A DNA stretch of 63,783 nt, filler included, from Methanobacteriota archaeon (GTDB lineage: Archaea > JACRDV01): assembly GCA_024860865.1 (NCBI GenBank). It is 5 parts of 5 records of this genome, joined end to end, with 100 filler letters (N's around TTAATTAATTAA, not from the genome) between each part and the next. Parts side by side here need not be neighbours in the genome. Positions count along the whole stretch, not along the records: positions 28,130 to 45,097 come from JACRDV010000088.1; 4 more parts are not named here. One strand, given 5' to 3'. Shown one piece after another: positions 28,685 through 39,686 of the stretch. The position numbers and the translations under genes were made by a program. Under the pieces are notes generated by a model, which worked only from the letters and a program-made list of their open reading frames with translations, ran no database searches and was not told where the DNA came from. How positions within the stretch are numbered: the stretch's first letter is position 1; each line of letters begins with the position of its first letter.

Positions 28685-31600
28685 ATGAAAGAAGTTAACA
28701 CTAATATTAAAACAACAGAAGAAATTCAAATCCCAAAGAAATTAATTGAGCAAGTTATAGGCCAAGACCAAGCAGTTGAGGTCATTAAGAAAGCTGCTGT
28801 ACAAAAGCGCCATGTGTTGCTAGTTGGGGAGCCCGGAACAGGAAAATCTATGCTTGGACTTGCGATGGCAGAATTGCTTCCAAAAGAAGAACTTCAAGAT
28901 ATTTTAGTGTATCCCGGCATTGAAGATAAGAATAACCCAGAAATCAAAGTTGTGCCAGCTGGTGAAGGCAAGCAGATAGTCTCAAAAGCTCGCTTCAGGT
29001 CAAAAGAAGGTGAGAGGAAAAAACATCTTTTTGGAACTTTGATTATTTTTGGCATTCTATTCCTCGGATTAGTGACTTGGGTTCAATCAAAATCTCCAAC
29101 TGGTTTTTTAGTAGCTATGTTAGTTGCTGTAATGGTTTTCATAGCACTTGGAACTATTCGAGTTAGAGAAGAAGTTGAATCCCCAAAACTTTTGGTTAGC
29201 AATCAACCTGATACTATCGCTCCATTCGTTGATGGAACGGGCGCTCATGCTGGGGCGCTTCTTGGAGATGTGAGGCACGATCCCTTCCAGTGTATTCCAG
29301 ATTATGAACAGGTTCAATTGCCAAACGGAAGGCCGATTAAAATTAGTAAACTATTGGATAGGTTTTTCGAGGATAAGCACCCCGAAGAAATAGAGTTACA
29401 TCCTAATCAGCAGTTCCAAGTACTGGCAGGCTTTGATGATAAGTTCGGATTTATAAAAGCAAATGTTGTAAAAGTATTCAGAAGATTTTATGATGGGGCA
29501 TTAATTGAACTCGAAACTAGGCGTGGTTATAAGATAAGGGTGACGCCTAACCATCCAATAGCGATTTTTAATGCTAACGGGACTGTGAAATATATTGAAG
29601 CAACACGAATTAAAAAAGGAATATTAAGTATTGTACCTTACAAGCTACCAATCGAAACTAAAGAAATATTGAATAAAGAAAAACTACTGCTCTATGCGGA
29701 CATACTGGCAGATGGTTACGTTGGTGAAAGAAGTGTAATCTTCAAGCTCAGACGGGAGTTTAAAATAAAATGGATTCTGACTCATATCCAAGCTTGCGGA
29801 CTTAAGCCGAATGTACTAGTCCGAAATAAAGATACACTTATCTATATTAATTCAGCAGAGTTTGTTAGAGAATTAAGCCGCATCGGACTGTTAGAAGATG
29901 GTAAGAAAAAAATACCCTCAATTATTTTTGACCAGCCTGCAAAGAATATCAAAACGTTCATAGCAGAATACTTTGCAATAGATGGATACGTTGGTAAGCA
30001 AGGTCAGTTTGAACTCATATCAAAAGAATTAATCAGCGATTTTGTATCACTCCTGCTCAAAATAGGCATAAAGGCTAAGGTAAGAGAAAGGATAGATAGA
30101 GGATTTGGAAAAGGAAAAATCCAGCCGGAACTTATTTTCTCCAATTATGAGTTTGCTAAATTTTACTACCCTACAACAATAAATCCATATCATAGACAGA
30201 ACTTGAGAAAGTATCTCAGAGAAACAAGAAGTACACATGTGACATATGATGATAACATACCACTCGGTTTTGATGTTTTAGAAAGATTGAGAGATGCAAT
30301 TGGACTAAGTAGGGCGCGAATACATAAAAGCTACTATGCTATGAATCCTAAGGTGGATACATATACCACCCCAACAAGAGGTTTGCTCCGGCATGTAGTT
30401 TCAGTTTTTCAACAACATTTGAATTGTTCTGAGTTTTATAAATTGAGAGACATCGTATATGGAAGTTATGGGTTTGATGAAATTGTTAACCTGCGTTTAG
30501 TTCGCTATAAGGGCTATGTGTATAACGTGACAACAACGACCGGGAACTACTTAGTAAATAATATTCTAACCCACAATTCCGGCGGACTCGAAACGCCAGC
30601 ACACGAGAGAGTTGAGGCAGGAGCGATCCATAGAGCGCACAAAGGAGTATTATTTATTGATGAGATAGCGACCCTTGGACCTAGGAGCCAACAAGAGTTA
30701 CTCACTGCAATGCAAGAGAAAGCATATCCGATCACTGGCCAAAGCGAGAGAAGTTCCGGTGCGATGACAAGAACAAAGCCAGTTCCATGCGACTTCATTT
30801 TGATAGCGGCAGGCAATCTACCAGTTGTAGAAAAAATGCATCCAGCTTTGAGATCTAGGATGCGCGGTTATGGTTATGAGGTTTATATGAATGACACTAT
30901 ACCTGATACTCCGGAAAACCAAGAGAAACTTGCTAGATTTGTTGCTCAAGAGGTAATTAAAGATGGCAAAATTCCCCACTTCGCTAAAGAAGCTGTAGAG
31001 GAGATAATTAGAGAGGCCAGGCGCAGGTCAGGTAGAAAAGGCCATCTAACCCTTAGGCTTAGAGACCTTGGTGGGCTGATTAGAGCAGCTGGAGATATTG
31101 CAAGGTCAAAGAGTGCCAAATATGTTGAACTTGAACATGTACTTGCTGCTAAAGATACTGCTAGGACTCTTGAGAAACAGCTTGCTGATAGATTCATTGA
31201 ACGCAAGAAGGAGTATCAAGTTTTTAAGACGGTTGGGGCTGAAGTTGGGAGAGTTAATGGATTAGCTGTAATTGGTCCAGATTCTGGTGTTATTCTTCCA
31301 ATAGTTGCAGAAGTGGCACCTGCTCTCAGCAGGGAAGAGGGAAGAGTAATTGCTACTGGCAAGCTCGGTGAAATTGCAAAAGAAGCTGTTCAAAATGTGA
31401 GCGCCTTGATTAAAAAATACACGGGTCAAAATATCAAAGACTATGATATTCATGTTCAATTTATCATGTCTCATGAGGGAGTTGAAGGTGACTCCGCTTC
31501 TATCTCAGTTGCTACAGCAGTCTTTTCAGCTTTAGAAGGAGTTCCAGTTGACCAAAGTGTTGCTATGACAGGTTCATTGAGCGTTCGCGGCGAGGTTCTG

Positions 31601-31873
31601 CCAGTGGGTGGAACTACTCCAAAAATAGAAGCTGCAGTTGAGGCGGGGATCAAAAAGGTTTTAGTGCCGAAGGCCAATGAAAAAGAAGTATTTCTTGAAG
31701 AAAAGAAAATAGGGAAAGTAGAGGTCATCCCAGTTGAAAGCATTACGGACGTTCTAGAGCATGCATTGGTTTGGAGGGATAAAAAAGACTTACTGGCTAA
31801 ACTCCGTGAATTGGCAGCTAAAACTATTCCTCGCATAGGCATTTTTGAAAGGGAAAAGCCAACACCGACATAG
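28685..31873 (+). CDS. lonB: Archaeal membrane-bound Lon protease with intein
   Basis: GEPGTGKS, TM insert, HDPFQ|intein|SGGL, FIDEI, GDSAS Ser and downstream Lys. Confidence 0.96.
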   Translation: MKEVNTNIKTTEEIQIPKKLIEQVIGQDQAVEVIKKAAVQKRHVLLVGEPGTGKSMLGLAMAELLPKEELQDILVYPGIEDKNNPEIKVVPAGEGKQIVSKARFRSKEGERKKHLFGTLIIFGILFLGLVTWVQSKSPTGFLVAMLVAVMVFIALGTIRVREEVESPKLLVSNQPDTIAPFVDGTGAHAGALLGDVRHDPFQCIPDYEQVQLPNGRPIKISKLLDRFFEDKHPEEIELHPNQQFQVLAGFDDKFGFIKANVVKVFRRFYDGALIELETRRGYKIRVTPNHPIAIFNANGTVKYIEATRIKKGILSIVPYKLPIETKEILNKEKLLLYADILADGYVGERSVIFKLRREFKIKWILTHIQACGLKPNVLVRNKDTLIYINSAEFVRELSRIGLLEDGKKKIPSIIFDQPAKNIKTFIAEYFAIDGYVGKQGQFELISKELISDFVSLLLKIGIKAKVRERIDRGFGKGKIQPELIFSNYEFAKFYYPTTINPYHRQNLRKYLRETRSTHVTYDDNIPLGFDVLERLRDAIGLSRARIHKSYYAMNPKVDTYTTPTRGLLRHVVSVFQQHLNCSEFYKLRDIVYGSYGFDEIVNLRLVRYKGYVYNVTTTTGNYLVNNILTHNSGGLETPAHERVEAGAIHRAHKGVLFIDEIATLGPRSQQELLTAMQEKAYPITGQSERSSGAMTRTKPVPCDFILIAAGNLPVVEKMHPALRSRMRGYGYEVYMNDTIPDTPENQEKLARFVAQEVIKDGKIPHFAKEAVEEIIREARRRSGRKGHLTLRLRDLGGLIRAAGDIARSKSAKYVELEHVLAAKDTARTLEKQLADRFIERKKEYQVFKTVGAEVGRVNGLAVIGPDSGVILPIVAEVAPALSREEGRVIATGKLGEIAKEAVQNVSALIKKYTGQNIKDYDIHVQFIMSHEGVEGDSASISVATAVFSALEGVPVDQSVAMTGSLSVRGEVLPVGGTTPKIEAAVEAGIKKVLVPKANEKEVFLEEKKIGKVEVIPVESITDVLEHALVWRDKKDLLAKLRELAAKTIPRIGIFEREKPTPT
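29291..30577 (+). mobile_element. Intein (429 aa) with LAGLIDADG homing endonuclease
   Basis: Starts CIPD, block B VTPNHPI, LAGLIDADG-like YADILADG and AEYFAIDG, ends VYNVTT..NNILTHN before Ser. Confidence 0.95.
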
Positions 31874-31994
31874 ATTTTGGTTAAATTTAAAAATACAACT
31901 TTTTTCTTTTTTCAAACTTTTTAACTCTCCCAATTTTTTGGTTTTTAAAGGCAAAATTTTTAAGTTTAAATTTAAAATGTTTTAAGGTGGAAAA

Positions 31995-33371
31995 GTGGGA
32001 AATCCAGAAAAAATAATTGCTAATGTTATTTCAAGTGGCGCGGAGTACGTTGACATTCGCATTTTTAGGGGAACAAGAACTTCACTTGAAATCCAAGAAC
32101 AAAAAATCAAGGAAATTTTGACAGGATTTGAGCATGGAGCAGGTATTCGAGTTCTATTCAATGGCTCTTGGGGATTTGCTTCAACAAGCGATTTATCAAA
32201 ATTAGATTCTGTAGCTGAGACCGCACTCAAACTCGCAAAATCAACTTCTAAGGTAAGTAAGCGCGAAAGCTTCAAGCTAGCATCAATTCGAGCAAAAAAG
32301 GATAGCTTTGTACTTAAAGTCGAAAAAGACCCTAAGGATATTTCGATTGAGCGGAAAAAACAACTTCTAATAGATGTGGATACAGCAGCTAGAGCATTTC
32401 CTGAAGTAGTAAGTGTTAGAGCTAAATATGCGGAAGGTGTTGGAACAGCGGCACTATTTACATCGGAGGGGACATCCATTGAAACTGAACTTACCAAAAC
32501 AATAGTTGTTATCGAGGCAATTGCAAGAAGAAATAATAACCTTCAGTTTGGATATGAAACTGTTGGAGCATCAGCTGGATTTGAAGCGGTTGAAAATGCA
32601 AGCGTGCTTGGGAGAATTGCCGCTCAAAAAGCAGTTGAATTGCTCGGTGCAGAACACTGTCCGGCTGGAAAGTTTCCGATTATAATGGATCCAAAACTTA
32701 CTGGAGTTTTTATTCATGAGGCTCTTGGGCATGCTGCTGAGGGCGACAATATCTTACAAAAGAATTCTGTGCTTGAAGGCAAACTTGGAACAAAGATTGG
32801 TTCTAAATATGTAACAGTTATCGATGATCCAACAATTAAAAATAGTTTTGGATTTTATCCTTATGATGACGAAGGAGTGAATGCAAGAAAAAATATAATA
32901 GTGAAAGACGGGATTTTGACTTCATACTTACATTCGCGTGAAACAGCTTCTAAATTAAAATCTGAATCAACTGGAAATGCTAGAGCAGAAGGCTATCATG
33001 CTAAACCCATCGTTAGAATGAGCAATACATACATCGAGCCAGGTAATTGGACATTTGAGGAAATGATTGAAGATATTAATCTTGGAGTTTATGTTAAGGG
33101 TTTGCGCGGAGGTCAAGTAGATCCAGCGAAGGGTTTATTCCAATTTGCTGCTGAATGCGGTTATTTAATAGAAAAAGGCAAACTCACTAAAACTCTACGA
33201 AATATTGCATTCTCCGGCGAGACTCTTAACATTTTAGAGAGAGTTGATGCCGTTGGAAAAGATTTTCAACTTAGCCCTGGTATGTGTGGGAAACTCGGGC
33301 AATTAGCAGCAACAGGAGATGGAGGCCCGCATGTTAGAGTTTCAGAAGCTTTAGTTGGTGGCTTGGGATGA
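31995..33371 (+). CDS. tldD: TldD family metalloprotease
   Basis: HEALGHAAEGD, YDDEG, IVRMSNTY, MCGK. Confidence 0.92.
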   Translation: MGNPEKIIANVISSGAEYVDIRIFRGTRTSLEIQEQKIKEILTGFEHGAGIRVLFNGSWGFASTSDLSKLDSVAETALKLAKSTSKVSKRESFKLASIRAKKDSFVLKVEKDPKDISIERKKQLLIDVDTAARAFPEVVSVRAKYAEGVGTAALFTSEGTSIETELTKTIVVIEAIARRNNNLQFGYETVGASAGFEAVENASVLGRIAAQKAVELLGAEHCPAGKFPIIMDPKLTGVFIHEALGHAAEGDNILQKNSVLEGKLGTKIGSKYVTVIDDPTIKNSFGFYPYDDEGVNARKNIIVKDGILTSYLHSRETASKLKSESTGNARAEGYHAKPIVRMSNTYIEPGNWTFEEMIEDINLGVYVKGLRGGQVDPAKGLFQFAAECGYLIEKGKLTKTLRNIAFSGETLNILERVDAVGKDFQLSPGMCGKLGQLAATGDGGPHVRVSEALVGGLG

Positions 33372-34684
33372 TTGACATAGCTAACTCTTGTGTTAAATAT
33401 GCCCTCAAGCTTGGAGCTCAATCAGCTGAAGCGTTTGCTGGAAACTATGATGTATTGCGCGTCAGCATAAGTAAGGGCGAAGTTGAAACTGGCAAGAGAA
33501 CAATCGGCAGTGGAGTTGGTGTGCGTGCGGTCATAGATGGCAGCATCGGGTTTTCGTACACTAGCGACATTTCAAAACTAGAAAAAGTGGTTGAAGAAGC
33601 AATTAAATTTGCAAAAGTTGGAGACAAGGATCCTTCATTCAAAAGTCTGCCACATCCATCAGAGTACCCAATAGTTAAAGGAACCTTCGACAATAAAATT
33701 GAAGAACTTAGTATAGAGGATTCGCTTGAGTTTGTTCAAACAATGATTTTAGCAGCAAAGAATGTTTCTCCTTCAATCAAAGTTCCAGTTGGAGAATTTA
33801 TAAGCAATAAAGAAGAAATTTTTATAGCAAATTCAGAGGGAATTGAGGCTACCGATAAAGGCACATATGTAGAAGCTAGTTTAAATGCAATGATTAAAAA
33901 TAGTGGAGAAGTATCCACGGCGATCGAATATTTCGCTTCAAGAAAATTTGATTTGGATCCATCTCTAGTTGGGGAGAAAGCTGCTAGTCTAGCTCTCAAA
34001 TCTCTTAATAGTAAAAAAATTGAAACCCAGGAAACTCAGGCAATTCTTGAGCCATTTGCAGTTACAGAGTTACTTGAAAGTATCTTTATTCCAGCTTTAA
34101 GTGCCGAAGCTGTTCAGCAAAATGAGTCAATTTACAAAAACAAACTTGGTGAGCAAATTGTTTCTCCAATTTTAACAGTGGTAGATGATGGGACATTGGG
34201 ATTAAAAACCAGTATTTTTGATGGAGAAGGAACGCCATCTAAAAGAACACTTATTATTGAGAATGGAATTTTGAGATCATATTTATATGACTCTTATACA
34301 GCCGGCAAAGATGGTGTGGAAAGCACTGGCAATGCTATTAGAAGTTCATATGCTACAATACCCAAAATTGGCCCCACGAATTTTATAATTCAACCAAAGG
34401 TTTCCTATGAAAAACTCGTTTCTGAAGTTAGAGATGGCATATTAATTACTGGAACAATTGGGGCACATACAGGAAATCCTATTTCTGGCGATTTTTCGGT
34501 TGAAACAAGGAACGCATTTAAAATTGAAAAAGGAGAGATAGTTTATCCAGTAAAACAAATTATGTTGGTTGGAAATATTTTTGAGCTTTTAAAAGAAGTT
34601 GATGGAATCGGGGACAATGCTAGACAAATTGACTCGGTTTTCTCTCCTTCCATTCGTATTTCCAAAGCTAAGTTTGTAAGCTAA
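33368..34684 (+). CDS. pmbA: PmbA/TldE family protein
   Basis: FDGEG, STGNA, NPISGDFS. Confidence 0.9.
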   Translation: MIDIANSCVKYALKLGAQSAEAFAGNYDVLRVSISKGEVETGKRTIGSGVGVRAVIDGSIGFSYTSDISKLEKVVEEAIKFAKVGDKDPSFKSLPHPSEYPIVKGTFDNKIEELSIEDSLEFVQTMILAAKNVSPSIKVPVGEFISNKEEIFIANSEGIEATDKGTYVEASLNAMIKNSGEVSTAIEYFASRKFDLDPSLVGEKAASLALKSLNSKKIETQETQAILEPFAVTELLESIFIPALSAEAVQQNESIYKNKLGEQIVSPILTVVDDGTLGLKTSIFDGEGTPSKRTLIIENGILRSYLYDSYTAGKDGVESTGNAIRSSYATIPKIGPTNFIIQPKVSYEKLVSEVRDGILITGTIGAHTGNPISGDFSVETRNAFKIEKGEIVYPVKQIMLVGNIFELLKEVDGIGDNARQIDSVFSPSIRISKAKFVS

Positions 34685-34913
34685 ATTTCTATAACATCCT
34701 AAATTGTTAGGTGTCACATCTATACTTTATAGACTACAAGTTTGCTTCCCGTTACCGGTACATATTGTTTCATTTGGAACTCTTTCAGCACTTCACTTCT
34801 GACGCACCAGATACAAGTCAAGCAGGATTCTCAAAGTAGGTAGTGAGCGAGACTTAATATTACTTAAAACTATAACGTATAACAGGAACTGCGAGATTTC
34901 TGAGGGTATTTAC

Positions 34914-36005
34914 ATGTGGAAATTTCTTCGGCCAGACGCAGTTGAAATACTAGAAGACAAGCGAGTTCAGAAATCGCTAGCAAGATACTTCAGCGTAATG
35001 TTTGATAAAAAGCCAGCAAAGTACATGATTACCCGAAGATTTCCAACTGGTATTGATTTTTCAGCTACAACTGAGAACCTTTGGAAAGCACATGATGATT
35101 TGATCAAAGATTTTGAAAAAATTCAGAAACAAGTTGATGAAGGAAAACTTTCACTTGACCAACTTGAACCTGGAAAAGTTTCTTTACTTGATTTAAAAAT
35201 TGAGATAGCTAAAAGGATTTTAAAGAATTGCCATTTTTGTGAGCGCCGTTGTGGAGTTGACAGAACAGCTGGAAAGAAGGGATTTTGTCAGGCGGGAGTT
35301 GAAGCAAGGATCGCTTCTGAGTTTCTACATCACGGAGAGGAACCCGAGCTTGTGCCCTCCTATACTATTTTCTTTTGTGGTTGTTCATTTTATTGTATTC
35401 ACTGCCAAAATTGGACTATTTCTAGATGGGTTGAGCCTGGTTGGCCGGCAACGCCGCAAGATATTGCCAAAATGGTTGATAAGAGAAGACATGAAGGAGC
35501 TCGAAACGTTAATTGGGTTGGTGGTAGTCCAACACCTAACTTACACAATATTCTCGAGTCATTAAAATATTTTCGAGTGAATATACCATCGGTTTGGAAC
35601 AGCAACATGTACATGAGTGAAGAAGCGATGAAACTACTACACGGTACTGTTGACGTATACTTAACTGACCTAAAATATGGAAATAGTGAATGTGCGCTTA
35701 AACTTTCTAAAGTAAAGAGTTATTGGGAGATTGCAACCAGAAATCATATTATTGCATCGCGACAGGCAGAGTTGATTATTAGGCAACTAGTTTTGCCAGG
35801 GCACTTAGAGTGCTGCACTAAGCCAGCTTTAAGTTGGATTGCTAAAAACTTAGGACCAGATGTAAGGACTAACGTTCTATTTCAATATCGCCCGGAATTC
35901 AAGGCTTATGAATACGAGGGGATGAATAGAAGACTCACTATGCAGGAGATTAAACGAGCCATGGAGTTCGCAAATGAAGCTGGTTTAAAGAACTTGTTAT
36001 TTTAG
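34914..36005 (+). CDS. Radical SAM protein, PflX-like
   Basis: CHFCERRCGVDR, FFCGCSFYCIHCQNWTIS, WNSNMYMS. Confidence 0.88.
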   Translation: MWKFLRPDAVEILEDKRVQKSLARYFSVMFDKKPAKYMITRRFPTGIDFSATTENLWKAHDDLIKDFEKIQKQVDEGKLSLDQLEPGKVSLLDLKIEIAKRILKNCHFCERRCGVDRTAGKKGFCQAGVEARIASEFLHHGEEPELVPSYTIFFCGCSFYCIHCQNWTISRWVEPGWPATPQDIAKMVDKRRHEGARNVNWVGGSPTPNLHNILESLKYFRVNIPSVWNSNMYMSEEAMKLLHGTVDVYLTDLKYGNSECALKLSKVKSYWEIATRNHIIASRQAELIIRQLVLPGHLECCTKPALSWIAKNLGPDVRTNVLFQYRPEFKAYEYEGMNRRLTMQEIKRAMEFANEAGLKNLLF

Positions 36006-36209
36006 TAGACGGAAGGACCATAAAAAGATCACAATTGAATATAGAAAATAATTGCAAGGATTATTTTCCAACCCAAATCAATGATGGCATCGTAAGTTGT
36101 TGGCAACCGCTTAGTGCGAATAATATAGAGTAACGTAACTAAGGATGCTAAAGCCAACTATCAAGAAAATAGTTCGTTTTAAGTTTATCACTTAATTCCA
36201 TCTCATGTT

Positions 36210-36800
36210 TTAACTTTTTATTTTTTTCAAAATTTTTTTGGCCCCTACTTCAGTGAAAAATCCGATCCCACCTCCAACTAAAACATCGCTAAGCCAATGG
36301 TGAGCAAGCAAGAGGCGAGATAAGCAAATTAAAAATGTGCAAAACCATAACAAATAAACTAGCCAGCTATTAACTATGTTATTATGCCACATGGCAGATA
36401 TTGCTGTGCTGTTCATGGCATGGCCAGAAGGAAAACTATTCTTTTCTTTCAATATTGATATTAGATCTGAAACTGCTCCACCCAAATGTAGGGTAGGCGG
36501 CCTATCGCGGGGAATGAAGGTTGTGCAAATATTTCGAATTATCAAATTGAAAATTAGAATTAAACCTAGTTTATAGAGCAAATTAGTCTTTCTTCCTTTG
36601 AGGGCGTAGATAAATGAAAACAAAAAGAGACTTAAATATAGTAACAAGGATGAAATGACTGCAAATTTTCTTATAACTAAGAAATTAAGTGTTGGCGGTG
36701 TAAACCAAATTAAAACGATTTGGTCTGCTTCCATTAGTAGTGAAGCAATCCCGCCTGATATAAGAGCGATACCTATTGCAAGCTCCTTTTTTTCTTCCAC
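36210..36800 (-). CDS. PAP2 family phosphatase
   Basis: RDRP, SFPSGHA, SRLLLAHHWLSDV. Confidence 0.88.
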   Translation of the reverse strand: MEEKKELAIGIALISGGIASLLMEADQIVLIWFTPPTLNFLVIRKFAVISSLLLYLSLFLFSFIYALKGRKTNLLYKLGLILIFNLIIRNICTTFIPRDRPPTLHLGGAVSDLISILKEKNSFPSGHAMNSTAISAMWHNNIVNSWLVYLLWFCTFLICLSRLLLAHHWLSDVLVGGGIGFFTEVGAKKILKKIKS

Positions 36801-38045
36801 TTACTCACTCATTTTTCTTTTCTGGTACTTGATTATCTTTTCAACTGATTTGCGCATTCGTTCAGAAAATTTTAGTCGAGGTCTGGCAGTTTTAATTAGC
36901 TGATAGAGTATTTTGCTAGCCACTTCAGCTCCATTTTCTTTAACAAGTCGCTTCGCGGCTGAACTTATCTTATTATAAGTAGCCGGATCACTGAGCAAGT
37001 TATTTATTGTTTGACGAAGTTTTGTTGGTGTTAAATTTTTGGCAAAAATTACTCTGCCAGCGCCAGCTTTTTCAATACGTTCAGCATTTCCTAATTGTTC
37101 AGCATGTTTTTCTGGTGGTATTATAATAGAAGGAACGCCGCAGGCAGCAATTTCCATAAGTGTAGTGTGTCCAGCCTGAGTCACTACTATATCGCTAGCT
37201 TTGATATATTCCATCAGATTTGGGACGTATCCTTTGACAATCACTTCTGAAGGAATATTGAGTTGCTTTAACTTAGCCTGGTCTACGTTTGGGCCAGTGT
37301 TGATAACCATTTGAGCAGGAATCCCTATTTTATACGCAGATATGGCATTTTCGATTATCTTTAAGCCTTGAGTTGTTCCACCAACTGTTACCAAAATAAC
37401 TTTTTTTTGAGAAAGATGTAGCTTTTTTCTTAACTCTTCTTTACTAGGGACTTCACTCGGAAGTTTCTTTAAAATTGGACCAATGAAAATAATTTTGTTA
37501 TCAAGTTCTTTTGGTATCTCATAATTGCCTTTAAAATCTGGAACAAAAATTAATTTACTAAAATTATAGAGCACTTTTAGACTATAATTAAACGATTTCT
37601 CTATCGCTTTTTCTTTTAAAGAAAAAGTTGAAACAAACACCTTAACTGTTGGTTGATTAGTAATAATTACGCACTGGATCTTTCGAAATCTGCAAGCAAT
37701 TGGTATCGAAAATTGAGAATCACTAACTACCAATTGTGGTTTGAGCTTTTTTAAAATAGAGGCTTCATATAGCATGCTTTTAAAAAAAGTTTGTGGCAAT
37801 TCTTTAATGACCTTTTTTATAGTTTGGTCTATATCGAGAGCTCCCGGCCGTTCAACAAATTTTATTGGTTTTTGGCTTTCTATAACATAGAAACCCTCTT
37901 TTCTTACTATTTCTACAAATTCATCCTTACATAAAAAATAAATTTCGATCTTTGGATCAATTTGTTTCAATTTACTCGCTATAGTTAGACACCTTGAAGT
38001 ATGACCAAGTCCAACTTGAAAGGGTGCAAATAACACTCTTTGCAT
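36801..38045 (-). CDS. Glycosyltransferase family 28-like
   Basis: GLGHTSR, VTVGG, QAGHTTLMEI, EQLGNA. Confidence 0.88.
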   Translation of the reverse strand: MQRVLFAPFQVGLGHTSRCLTIASKLKQIDPKIEIYFLCKDEFVEIVRKEGFYVIESQKPIKFVERPGALDIDQTIKKVIKELPQTFFKSMLYEASILKKLKPQLVVSDSQFSIPIACRFRKIQCVIITNQPTVKVFVSTFSLKEKAIEKSFNYSLKVLYNFSKLIFVPDFKGNYEIPKELDNKIIFIGPILKKLPSEVPSKEELRKKLHLSQKKVILVTVGGTTQGLKIIENAISAYKIGIPAQMVINTGPNVDQAKLKQLNIPSEVIVKGYVPNLMEYIKASDIVVTQAGHTTLMEIAACGVPSIIIPPEKHAEQLGNAERIEKAGAGRVIFAKNLTPTKLRQTINNLLSDPATYNKISSAAKRLVKENGAEVASKILYQLIKTARPRLKFSERMRKSVEKIIKYQKRKMSE

Positions 38046-38158
38046 GTTCTCACCAAGAATTCTAATTTAAAGCCTCGAAAACTAAAGAAATATTCTAATG
38101 CAGTAAATAAAATTTCTGATAAAAACTTCATTTAGATAAAAATTAAATATCGTTTGGG

Positions 38159-38779
38159 TTGAGTATAATCGGGAGTTTGATGGGCTTTATTGAGCGTTTC
38201 TTTGGGGTTCTAATCAACCCAAGCATAACTTTTAAAGAAATAAACGAAAATCCAAAGTTGCTAGAAGCTTTTGGCGCTATTTTAATCGTTGGGCTATGCG
38301 CTGGAGTTGGGGGGGCTCTCAATTTGAGTTTAATCGCTCAGGAGATAGCACATCCATTAATTTCACCAATTGTGCTAATTGTTAGTGCACCATTAGGCTA
38401 CTTTTTAACGTGGGTTGTAATTAGTTGTATCTTATATGCTAGTGCAAAGGTTTTTGGCGGAACAGGAGCTTTCGAAGCTAGTTTGATTCTACTTAGTTTT
38501 GCATTTGTTCCAGCAATCTTTTTAGCCCCTCTTGGTGTTGTTGCTTATGCAATAGGGGCCTTCGGTGCTTTTATTTACACTCTCGGTTCTTTTGTTATCT
38601 CAATTTGGGGAATGATACTAGCAATTTTCGCTATAAAGGAGCACCATAAATTATCAACACCGAGAGCTGTAATGGCCGTATTTATTCCTGTTTTAGTCAT
38701 TGCGATAATTATATTTGTTTTAGCTTTCATTGCAATCATTTATCTTGAAAAATTTCTAACCTATCCTATATCATTCTGA
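38159..38779 (+). CDS. Yip1 family membrane protein
   Basis: LINPSITFKEI, AKVFGGTG, HKLSTPRA. Confidence 0.8.
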   Translation: MSIIGSLMGFIERFFGVLINPSITFKEINENPKLLEAFGAILIVGLCAGVGGALNLSLIAQEIAHPLISPIVLIVSAPLGYFLTWVVISCILYASAKVFGGTGAFEASLILLSFAFVPAIFLAPLGVVAYAIGAFGAFIYTLGSFVISIWGMILAIFAIKEHHKLSTPRAVMAVFIPVLVIAIIIFVLAFIAIIYLEKFLTYPISF

Positions 38780-38787
38780 GGCAAAAA

Positions 38788-39678
38788 ATGAAAGAAAAAA
38801 TAATCATTCTAATTATAGCACTTGTAGTTTTGATCTCAGTTGTGGTAGGAATACTAATTTTGTTTCAAGCTCCAGCTATTGGAATTTCCGGTAAAGTGGC
38901 ATTAATTCGAGTCGAAGGAACAATTACATCTAGTAAAGGAATTTTTGGCGGCACAAGCTCTGAAGAAATTGTTAAACAAATTAAACAAGCCCGAGAAGAT
39001 TTCTTAATTAAAGCAATTTTAATTAGAATAAATAGTCCGGGCGGAAGTGCTGCCGCTTCACAGGAGATATACATGGAAATTATGAAAACAAGAAATAGCG
39101 GCAAGCCAGTGGTTGTTTCGATGGGAGACGCTGCTACATCAGGGGGTTATTACATTGCTTCTGCAGCAAATAGAATAGTTGCAGCTCCAGGTACTCTCAC
39201 AGGGAGCATAGGAGTGATTTGGGTCCATCCAGTGTTATCTAGGTTTTTTGAGGAATGGGGAATTCAATTTGAAATAGTGAAGTCTGGTCCATATAAGGAT
39301 ATAGGAGCAGTTTGGAGGAATTTCACTGAGGAAGAGTGGCAATTAGCAAAAGAAGCGATTAATGACACATATGACCAGTTTGTTGAAGACGTAGCTAAGG
39401 GTCGCAACATAAGCGTTGAAAAAATTAAGCAAATTGCTGATGGAAGAATTCTCACTGGTCGTCAAGCAAAGGAATTGGGATTAGTCGATGCTTTAGGAAA
39501 TATTGAAGATGCTACCAAACTTGCTGCAGATTTAGCCGGCATTGAAAAACCAGTCGTTGTTGAGCTCAAAAAAAGAACCCTTTTTGAGGCATTATTTGGA
39601 ACGATGGGCGAAGGAATCAGTCGTGGAATAGTAAAAGGGATAATTCAACTCTACCTCCAGAAGCAAATTGCACTTTAG
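38788..39678 (+). CDS. sppA: Signal peptide peptidase SppA
   Basis: INSPGGS, ATSGGYY, TGSIGV, SGPYKD. Confidence 0.93.
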   Translation: MKEKIIILIIALVVLISVVVGILILFQAPAIGISGKVALIRVEGTITSSKGIFGGTSSEEIVKQIKQAREDFLIKAILIRINSPGGSAAASQEIYMEIMKTRNSGKPVVVSMGDAATSGGYYIASAANRIVAAPGTLTGSIGVIWVHPVLSRFFEEWGIQFEIVKSGPYKDIGAVWRNFTEEEWQLAKEAINDTYDQFVEDVAKGRNISVEKIKQIADGRILTGRQAKELGLVDALGNIEDATKLAADLAGIEKPVVVELKKRTLFEALFGTMGEGISRGIVKGIIQLYLQKQIAL

Positions 39679-39686
39679 GTTTTAAA

